The notes under the pieces are model-generated. The model searched no databases. It saw nothing but the letters and a program-made list of their open reading frames with translations, and was not told the DNA's origin. A DNA stretch of 64,000 bases from Amoebophrya sp. A120 (lineage: Eukaryota > Protista > Dinoflagellata). Where the stretch lies: assembly GCA_905178155.1 (NCBI GenBank), contig CAJINV010000003.1, positions 7,001,612 through 7,065,611 on the forward strand. Direction: 5' to 3'. Below are positions 54,373 to 64,000 of this stretch, piece after piece (the stretch's first letter is position 1; every line of letters starts with the position of its first letter). The translations under genes and the position numbers were made by a program.

Positions 54373-55248
54373 TCAATATGCAAATGCAGGCTTCCCGCTT
54401 TTTCTGCCATCGTAGTCGCCTTCGAAGATGACGACTGGGGGACACCGTTTTCCCATGAAGCAGCCCGTTTCCAAGTTGAAGCCGCACGGTGCATTTGGGC
54501 TGCTGCAAGAGATACTGCTTCGCGAAATGTTGAATGCGCCGCTCATAAATTGATCTCCAATGATGTACTTTTGCGCGTGCACGCCCGGCAGCAATGCACT
54601 GCTATCTCCGGTAGTCGGGTCGCTTCCCCCGAAAAGCATGTGGAGCACACCAACAAACGAAGGAACCAAACACAAAACATCGAAGAAACCAAATATGCAA
54701 GAAAAGGATTCTGTCGGTAACGGTGGAGCTGATTTTATGATCAGTTCGATTTTTCGACGCTTGAATTTTTCATATGACCTCGCAGCCCTACCTCTTGGCA
54801 TGTCAAATTTGAAACTACCCCTGTAATCAGTACACACGCGCTTGCGCCAGTTGCAGCTTTTGTTCCCATTGTAAATCTTCTTGAAGATGATCAAACAACT
54901 TGCCACAAGACCTCTGGTGGATACAACTTGTCACCTCATGCACAGCAGGCGGAATCCGAACCATCACAGAATTTTGCCTAGTACCAGCTGCGATCATTTG
55001 CCGACAAAATCAGTTTTTGCTTGATAAGGCGACACAGCATCTTGTTTAATCTTCTGACCCAATGACAAATAATAAGAACCCGCTATACGACCACGTTGCC
55101 GCCAAGTTCCAGGAACAAGTATGTTCTTTACAGTAGAGAACGATGCCTTACAAAAATCTCCGGCCCCTCGATCCGCATGGGATATCAATAATCCATCATC
55201 TGCATCTGCAAAGTAAGAAAGACCTTCGCTCGAATGTAACACTTTCAC
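54373..55248 (-). CDS. Possible hypothetical protein exons
   Basis: Minus-strand ORFs 54373..54906 and 54994..55248 with no recognisable domain. Confidence 0.3.
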
Positions 55249-55460
55249 TTCGTCCTAGGCAACGGCAATGGACACGGTTCCACCGAGCCGGAGCCTGTGA
55301 GCTTCGAAATTGAAACGTCGCTGCGACCGACGAACCTTCACTAATAATTGTGTTGCATGTAAGAAGTAGGAGCCTCACGGACATTACATGATCTTCAGCG
55401 CGACGTGCTAGAAGTGAAGATGATGCAGCAATTGGTCATTGGCCATTGGAAACATTTCTG

Positions 55461-58400
55461 TCAAAAGAGGCCATCAAATGGATCCGCTTTGCTAGACGCG
55501 GGCGACTTCATCGCGCTAGTAGCCAGGTTTCCTTGCAGCTGCATCGCATTGGTTCCAGAATCAATTGGCGACGCGCGCGATGAGCCCCCCGGTGAGCTCG
55601 TCTTCTTCGCTGCAGCGGATCCCGCTTCGAGATTGTTATTTGCATTACTAAGCGAGACACCGGACAGCAGATCGGAAAGATCGCCAAATTCAGTCAGCAA
55701 GGGATCACTTTTCAACTTGGCCTGCGCCGTTACGGGTGGAGGAGAGGATGCTGGCAGCAATGGCATCGCCACCGTCCCTGCAGCAGTTACCGGCAGTTTT
55801 TCTTGAACTACAGGCGCTCCATTAGAAGCGGCGGAAAATAAAGCCAGCGGTTGGTCTTGGATTTGGTGACTCGTGTGCGACGTTGTCGTCATTCCTCCAG
55901 ATCCAACAGCTGGCGTAGCGGAAGATGACAAATTCAGGCCGCCTGCGAACGCAACACTCAAGAGGTCAAGGTCGTCGCTGCCTGTTGCTGCCTTGACACC
56001 CGTGCTGCTGTTCGTAGGGAACTGCAATTCGAGAAGGTCGCTGCTGGGAGCCGATGCTGCAGAAGTAGAGGACGGCAATGCGGCTGCTGGTGCGCTTGGC
56101 TCGGGAACGAGACTCAACAAATCGTGCTCTGCTGGGCTGCTCTGGTTGAGAAACCGCCCATCTGTCGGCGCCAATAGTTGTGGTGGCTGCGCATGATCGG
56201 AGGTGACTCCACCCAGAAGGTCATCCAAAGTATTGCCGCTAGAAGCAGACGCAGGATCAGTCCGCAACCGGGTGGATGACGACGACCCTCCTGTGATGGT
56301 AATAGAAATCGTGCGAGGACCACTCTCTTCATCGGATGCATTTATCGCCCTCGCGGACGATGTGGAAGCGAGGCAGTAGTTGGATCAAGTATCATCACGA
56401 GTGATGTGCCACGTGCATGTGGACAATTGCAAAGAGAATGCTGCGCTCGTGTGCAGGTTCTATTTCAATTTCTATAATATAGCGTGCGAGTCGGAGTCAG
56501 AGTCACTTCTTCTGATGTCAACATGATACTCTCGGCATGCACGACAACACCGATCCTTCTACATCGGCATCGCAACAGCTCCACGACCACCCTTCACAAG
56601 AACGGAACAACTTCGAACAATGACGCCTCTACCTCTCGCAACGGAAGCCGAACTGCCTGCGGCCGTTTCCAGAAGATCTCCAGACAGTAGATCCACCGCT
56701 GCCGTTCCGTCGGACGAAGTTGGGGCGCCGGGTGACGCAGTGGATCCACTTGCTTTCGCAGGGTCCATTCTTTCTCGAATGACCTGTCGCCACATGGGTA
56801 AGAATTCTTGCTTCAGCCTAGGCATGTTCCGTGTGCACATGTCGGGGGAAAAACACGACTCATGGCCAAACCTCGATCTGCAAATATTATTTCCGTCTTC
56901 GCCAGTGTTGCCAAAATCCAGAAGCCAGTGTTGCAGACTACAGAATATCAATACCACTTTCACATACAATGTCCCAGAAGATGAAGTCGAATCATGCTGG
57001 TTTTATCGTAATACGAAGAACTTCTACGATGGGCATAAAAAAAAGTAGCTGGGCACTAGAAAAAGACGGCATGACCATGCATCTCTATATTCTTTTTTGT
57101 TCTTTGCAGCAAAAAGAAATTTCGAATATCTTGTTTTTGCGTCAGTCACTTCGTCCATGTACAAGAGCAGAAGCAACGAGAACGAGGGGCCACGGCCGTA
57201 TTTCGTCATCTTCTTCTGGGTGATAGAACCAATCTTCGTTATATTCGCCGTGAAATTCTCGCACCCATTCCCAAAAGAGGGGAACATCTTCTTCGCGCGA
57301 TAATGGTGCTGTACCTGATGTTGTAGTGATAAAATATCGACTGCTTGTTCAATCATTCACCATTCAGTTCGCGAGGAACCCATGACTGGTATAACCCTAT
57401 CAATGAAACGAACCTAAGAAACAGCATGTACTGACTGTGAAAACATGTTACCATGATATTTGAGATGAAAAGGCAAACTAGGAAACTAATGGGAGCAGCA
57501 GCACTCACTTGCATCAGATTCGGAGTTGGAGACATGGCAATCACAAAATAAATGGAAGGCGCGTGACCTGGCTGGCACAGCTGTCGTTTGTCAAGGAACT
57601 CGTGTCCCGAAACCTGCATGATCCTGGCGCATTCCTCTTTTGATTCTTGCGCCGCCGTTTTATGGCTCGGCCGAGAAACTCCACTTTGAATTTGGTCCCT
57701 TGTGTTTCTGTTTTGCAGATCCAACAGAACTGGCAGTGCGGTTTGCACGTACGCCGGAGGACTCGTGCGAGGCGGCATGCTGGTAGCAGCTAACCTATCA
57801 ATTCGAAGAGTATATGCCGCTCCCTCGTCAGCAGCACTTCAATAGATGAAGCACAAGTATTTTATTGCATCGCCAGCATTTTTGATTTTTGCCTCGTCGC
57901 AGGACCACAAGGACAACACTTCCCATGAAAATTCAAGTTGTGATCTGATAACTACGTGCGGTAAATACAACTTTCATTCTTGACCAACAACAAACCAACC
58001 ACAGTTTTGCGAAATTAGGATCAAACACATCAAGTAGTACAGCCCCAGAATGCATTGCAACGACGTCATTAAAGATAAAGGCAGCAGGAGGAGCCTCAAA
58101 AATATTAAACGCCATGATGATCTTCTCCGCACCGTTTCTGCGTGATCTTGACTTTCAAACAAGCAGCTTTGCAACCAGTTTTTGTAAGTTGTACTCATCT
58201 GCGATGATGAAGTAGGCCATATCAGAAGACGCGCCCACTACCAAGGGGAAAAACACAGGAAAGGGGAAAAATTCAAAATTTTGCCATGCCTCATTTTTGA
58301 AAGAGGTGAGAACCAAACGCATGCGCATGGCTTTGGTGATTTGCGGCGAAATCGCAAACGCCACAAAACCGCTTGCGGCGTATCAAAAGACACAATACGC

Positions 58401-59584
58401 AGAAGGCCTGCCCCCGGGCCTGTCTACAATTTGAAAACGCCCGCGCTTCGTTTTAACATCACTGCCGGGCCCCAGGCGGCGCCGGGCTCCGGGTCAGGGG
58501 GCCGGCGCCATTTCCCGAAGCCCCAGGCAATGCCCAACACGAGCAAAATCTGGCCCGGGCGCTACCGCTTGGGGTGGCCAAAAATGGCAGTCGGGGCCAA
58601 GGCAGTTTTTGCCTTCTAGTCTACGGCGTGTGGCTTCGGGCCACTTTTGGGGCCATTCCTGTGGATTTGAAATCCGACCTATCTGCCCCGGTTTTCGGCC
58701 CAAATCGGCCGCGCCATTGTCGCGTCCGGGGCTGCCCCCATTTCTGGGCATTCCTGTGGATTTGTAACCCGACCTATGTGTCCCGGTTTGTGGCCAAAAA
58801 AAGGCGTCGCTTTTGGGCTCTTTTTGATGGCCCCTGCCGAGGGGGGGGTGGCCCCAAGGGTACCCCCCCGCCCATTCCTGTGGATTTGTAACCGCACCTG
58901 TGTGCCTTGATTTTTGGCCCATTTCGAGCCACCGCTACTTCCAGGTTTTGGCCCCTCTCCCAGACCCCACCCCCTGTCCATTCCTGTGGATTTGCGCTAT
59001 AACAAACGTAGCCCATTGAAAGAAGCCAGGCGCGACGCTGTTGCGCCGGAATTGCGCGCCAAAAGTGTGCCCCTTCTCGGACATACAAACAGAGACCGGC
59101 CACAGAGCTGCAAAAACGTGGGGTCGTCCACCGCGATCAACAACAGCCGAAGTCGGGCGGCCCCGGTCCGGCTCAAATAGGGCCCGCCAACCCCCGGGCC
59201 CTTCGCGCCAATTCGGAAAAGAAAAATAAACGTGACGGCCAGGTCTTTGGGGCCTTTCAGCCATTTTGCCGGCGTTGCCTCGGGCGGGTTCGTGTTCGGC
59301 AGAAAAGTGGGCGCCCCACTTCCGGCACGAACGCGGCGAGCAAAAATTGGGGCGCAAAAATATTGGCGACGATGTGCCGATCTCGCGGAGAGTGGATGGC
59401 TGCGCTTTGCTGGAACTCAACAGGCAGAAGCGCCGCCGATAGGAGATCGCGCCGGGCCATCGGACCGGTGGGCCCGGCCATCCCTGTGCCACTAGATTTC
59501 TGAAGGGGGCTGCCTTTGCAACATACAAAAATTTTGAATTTTTCCCCTTTCCTGTGTTTTTCCACTTGGTACCCACAAAGACAT
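55461..59584 (-). CDS. Hypothetical multi-exon protein with a disordered C-terminus rich in DLL/DPF motifs (clathrin-adaptor-binding-like)
   Basis: ORFs 56559..56969 and 55461..56267 are joined by a GT-AG intron. Repeated DDLL/DLLS/DLDLL and terminal ADPFDGLF. The 5' exons, including the one around introner 58239-59571, are tentative. Confidence 0.5.
58239..59571. mobile_element. TIR element/introner (1333 bp), TSD CCCAC
   Basis: TIR of ~44 bp TACCAAG(G/T)GGAAAAACACAGGAAAGGGGAAAAATTCAAAATTTT. CCCAC at 58234-58238 and 59572-59576. Confidence 0.93.
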
Positions 59585-59875
59585 CACTATCACAAACGAA
59601 CACACGCCATCCGATTCTTTGTGACGACCTGTGACACCTAGCAATGTTGACTGTACAACTTGTACACCACGAGAACAAGAACAAACAAAAAGCGGGCTGC
59701 TTTTGCTTTCGGATTTTGGTCGCGTGTTCGTGTTCGAGTTATTTCACACCGCACACATTTCTCTTTCTGTACCTCATGATTGCGTCAGGTTGCTGGCTAC
59801 TTGAGAAACCAATGCAGTTGGCGGGCCGGCCAGTGCTTCACCGATTCCTTGACAGGCTTGATGACTCAAACGCCT

Positions 59876-62735
59876 TTAGTCAAGGTCATCAAGATCGGCA
59901 GGGTTTGGCTTGCGTTTGGCTTTTCTCGACTTTGGTGGTTGCACGTCTTGCGAAGATGATCGGACTTCCAGCCAAGTTGGATCATCGCTACAAACGTCGG
60001 TGCTCCACTGTCCGCCAGTAGTAGATGAGTTCTCCACCTCATTTAAGGTGGTGCTCTTCATCGTTGCGACGGCGAACTTTTCGGTAGTTATCGAAGAGCC
60101 TGACTTCGCCTTCGGTGATGCAGATGGCGCCGGTTCTGCGACCATTTCCAGGTACGTGTTTTGGTACAGGACCACTTCGAGCTTCCTCCTTTCCGAAGTC
60201 CCCATGCTTTGCAAAAGGAGTGGCCAACGGTTAATCGCCTCCAACTTGGCCACGACGCTCGCCTTGCGCGCACGGTAATCCTCGGCGGAGGAGAAAATGA
60301 CACCATCTGCCAGCATGTTGTTGCCGTCCGCTGCGGACTTGTTGAACTTCTGGAGGTAGGCGGGAAAATGTGCTTCCAGGCTTTGCACCACGTCCACCAC
60401 CTCCAACACTAGCTCGGCGGTGAAGCTGTCTGAAAACACCTGCGTCCGCTCCAGTAAGGAAAACCGCTTTCCTACCGCTTGCGTTGCGCTGCCTAGCCGT
60501 CCGCAGGTCCTCCAATCCCGCTCGAAAGCGTAAAAATTGGACCGAAACATGTCAGCGTGCTTGCTGTTGGATCCTGTTGCTGCACCTGTCTCGGTGGCTG
60601 CGCCAGCAGCAGTGCGGCCCACACCACTTGTTCTACTAGCGGTGGTCGTGGGGGGCTGCAGGCTACTAGACCTGGTAGCTGCAGCCTCCTCGGCCTCGGC
60701 CGCCGTGTGCTGCCTCCCTATTCCTGCTGAGGATGAGGACGACACGGCGCCCCCGCCTTGCTGGCCGAGCTGTCGCCCCATGCGAACGGATTTCGGAATG
60801 TATTTTCCATTAGCGTCAGTGTTTCCGTCTTCCGCGCTGTGGGAAGAGATAAACAAGGACTGCTGTTGCTGCGCTTGCGGTTTTCCTCCTCCAGCACCGG
60901 TCTCGTCCGTCTCTGTAGCGCTCGCGCTTGCATAAATCTCGCCAGTGTTCTTGCTCGATGAGGATGCTGAGCTGGACGGCTTTTTCTTTTTTTCCGCCCT
61001 CTCAGTGATCTGAAGTGGGGTTTGCTGCAAGACGGGCTTCCTACTGGCGTCTTGCATCAGAGCTTTTGCGTGTGCGCGCGCCTTTTCCACTGTCTCACGC
61101 AACATCCGCTCCACATACGTAAGCTCGGTGCGACCTGGCAAAAGATTTATTATAAAAAACCTTCCTGTTCCTCGTATCAGTATCTTTCGCAAAACAAAAA
61201 TAAAGTGGAGAAATGAAGACGATTGCTCTTGTTGGTTTGCATTCTCACGGCGGATCAAGAAAGCTTTCGCTTTCGCTTTGCACCCCCACCGCCACGTGTC
61301 ATAGAAGACCACCACTGGACTCAGACTCACTTAGCACGTCAAGGGAAAGGCGAAATAAATAGAAAGGTGCTCGAGACTACGTATCCATCTCGAGCGAGGT
61401 AGCGCTATCAGTACGAACCTCATTCCACTGAACATGAAATACATTTCGCGTCTTTTGGATCAAGTTCCAAAGCCCGGCGGAGATCAGCTGCTGCGCGCTT
61501 CCACTGCTGCTGGTGCATGTAAGCACTCCCGCGCCGAAAGATTGCTTTTACGTTGTCTGGGCGAACCGACAAGGCCGCGTCACTGGCTTCGATGGTTCCC
61601 GAATAGTCTTGCATTTTCAGCCGACAGATCGCTATGTTGGAGTGGAGTACTGCCTGGACGTCCCCGATATGAAAGAGAATCAGCAAACTGGCTCTTTGCG
61701 CGATTATTGGGCGTAATAAATCGTTGCGCAACCATCCATTTCTAATGCGTATTTCGATCAGAAGTTAAAGTTTGTTCCCAAAGCGCAATCGATGCTCGCG
61801 CATCTTGAATGATCTTCTCACAATTAATATCGTCAGTTGATGAATCATAGCAAATCAAGCAATGGAAATGGTTGATCATGTTGACTGACGCACCAGCGGT
61901 GCTGCTGATTGGCAAAGCAGCTGTTTCAGACAACAGTAAGACCTAGCAAACTGGACAGGACAATTTGCTCGACGCGCGCATAGTTTTCCTCTTCGTTTTC
62001 TCCGCGCATCACGTAGGTCAGGGCAACCTTGTAAGCCGCCTCTGCTTCTTTAAATCTGTTGTTTTTTATCCAAGGCGGGGGGCTCGGACACGCTCGCGCT
62101 TTCTTCTGGTTGTGAGTTAACACGAAGTACTAGTAGTAGTAGAAGACATCGAGAGAAAAATAACATCAACAACTACATAATGAATAAACCCCGCACCTTG
62201 CCTTGCCAAAGAGGCGATTAGCTTCTTCTTTTTTCGCCGTACTGAACTCGACGGCGGTCGTTGCGCGCGCGGCGGTACGTACAGCGACTTTGACATTTGG
62301 CCGGGCGGCGGTTGTCTGTTAGTAGAAGATCACGGAAATATATTCGTATTCCCACAGTATATGATCGAAGCTACCGGATGCTTTGCGTACAAGTTCCGCT
62401 TAACAAAATGCCAAAATATCAGTCAACCAAATCACACACATCGATTTTCTGGTCAGCACCACATCCAGAGGCAGAGCTTCTACATTCTCATGTTCTTTAG
62501 ATGAAGACGAAACGGAAACTTCAGTACCCGCTTCTGTTGTACATACTCTTCCACGTTAAACTCCTTCGCCTGTTTTGGCTCTTCCAACTTTTCGATTTCC
62601 TTTTCGACGTCATACTTGTTCCAGTTTTTGTAATATTGCGGGAGAGATGTAGTGTCGCGCGCGAGCTCCAAATTATCCTCGGATCTTTCGACTACGCCTT
62701 TTGTAATCGACTCCGTAGTGGTTGAAGAGCTGGAC
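59876..62735 (-). CDS. RPAP3/SPAG1-like TPR co-chaperone; first exon not located
   Basis: YYKNWNKYDVEKEIEKL, then TPRs AKKEEANRLFGKAR|FKEAEAAYKVAL and AVLHSNIAICRLKMQDY...NVKAIFRRGSAY...DLRRALELDP, then RPAP3_C-like NFYAFERDWR. GT-AG introns, one with a TACTAAC branch point near 62317-62323. Confidence 0.75.
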
Positions 62736-62970
62736 AATTTGCAAATAATGTTGCTGAATAAAAGTGTGTCTCTGTCTGTGTCAGTGAAAAAATCTACGAC
62801 CACAACGCCCTTCGATTCCAATTGTTGACCAGGGATCATCAAAAAGTGTAAAAAATGCAATGCTATTGAAGTGAAAGGTCAAAACAAAGGACAGAAGTAA
62901 AGCAGGGCCCATCTATTGTTCTGATTTTTAGTTCTAGCACCTCCCTGGACAACAAGAACAAGGAGTGAGA

Positions 62971-63232
62971 GCAAGAAGATTTCTGTGAGAAGATTGTCGT
63001 GAAGAAGATTTCTTTCCTCTTCTTCAAAGAGATCTTCTTTTTGAAGGAGAAGATCTGCGTCTTCGTGAAGAAGATCTTCTTCCTCGTGAAAAAGATCTTC
63101 TTTTTGAACGACGGCGATCGTCTTCAAAAAGATCCTCTCGCTGAAGAAGAAGATCTTCCTCATTCTTCGTCGGGAAGGTCTTCTTCTTCGTGAAGAGGGT
63201 CTTCTTTTTGGAGAAGATCTTCTTCCGCTCGT
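62971..63232. repeat. Degenerate ~21-bp tandem repeat centred on the palindrome AAGAAGATCTTCTT
   Basis: About ten AGATCT/AAGATCTT-type units. EEDLL-like peptide repeats appear in three different minus-strand frames. Confidence 0.75.
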
Positions 63233-64000
63233 GAAAGTGCATGGCGCGCTTGCTCTCCTGCGCAGGAGAGCAAGCGCGCCATGCGCTTTGTGGTCTGCAC
63301 GCAAAGCCGCAGCTTTGCGGCTTTTTGCTTCTTGTTGCTGATTTTCGTAGTGCCCACGGCTAGCGTCATGATTTCCAATCTTCCAGATCGCGACGCTTTT
63401 GCATTTCATACAGCCGGGAAGTGTTCGACTTCCACAAACCGGACTGGCGCGAAAAGCCGTCGAACTTGCGGCGCGATGAGTACTCAGCCGTGCCGAGGCA
63501 CTGGCCACGGCCGGAGAACTCCCCGCACTGGCGGCCAGAATGCGAACACTGGCACGCTGAGGAGTTGGCCAGGGAGCAGAAGCGGGCAAAAAAGTTCCTG
63601 GAGGAGGAGCACTGCTAAGGAGTTTTTTGAGGAAGGTTTTTTTTGTAACAGGATTGGCCTTGCTACAGGACTAGCAACAAGATTGCGCCAAAGTTGCGCT
63701 TTTTTGAAACAGGGCCGGCTTTTCTGAAAGACTTGCGACAAGACTTGCGACGAGATTGGATTTTTTTGGAAAAGACTGCCGCTGGCTGTGTTTGTATGGA
63801 GTTGGTTGCGCGCCAAAGAAAGCAAGAGAACCTGCCTGGCCGGTGGCTTAGACGGTGCCGCCGCGATCTGTTTCGCCGGCGGGCGACGGGCCTCGGTCCT
63901 GGTGTTCTTTTGTTTCGGCTGTGTTTCGTCAGAGAGTGTAAATCTCGGTCGGTCGGGTACACGTAGAATTTCGGTCGGGAGCTCTTCCATTAATTTATGT

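Noticed and set aside
58654-58995. CRISPR array
   Set aside because: The repeat core is only 16 bp, spacers are 80-110 bp and irregular, there are no cas genes, and the context is eukaryotic.
63360-64000. Start of another large TIR element (GC- and A-tract composition)
   Set aside because: No partner end lies within the window, so it cannot be verified.

Overview
Eukaryotic genomic DNA, most consistent with a syndinian/dinoflagellate such as Amoebophrya. That is an inference from three things: every recognisable gene is on the minus strand, the enolase carries the EWGWC insert, and many introns are non-canonical. Recognisable genes are a COG1-like tethering subunit, enolase (8 exons), an ELMO-domain protein, a PX-domain sorting nexin, a ~3000-aa low-complexity membrane protein, an intronless SHOCT-domain gene with an in-frame TAG, an RPAP3/SPAG1-like TPR protein and several hypothetical proteins. 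The dominant hidden structure is a set of about 12 non-autonomous TIR elements of 195-3930 bp, plus two weaker relics. They belong to roughly ten unrelated TIR families, yet all have TA...TA termini, mostly TAY...RTA. Eleven are flanked by a 5-bp target-site duplication (TSD) and one by a 36-bp exonic duplication. Most sit inside coding exons, and removing the element plus one TSD copy restores the reading frame, including at invariant enolase positions. They therefore act as transposon-derived introns (introners) that lack GT-AG ends, alongside ordinary GT-AG introns. Three have G-flanked targets that allow an alternative in-frame GT-AG splice, and several share an internal GCATGACAA motif. 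No transposase, rRNA, tRNA or CRISPR array was recognised. Exon boundaries were inferred by hand without transcript data.
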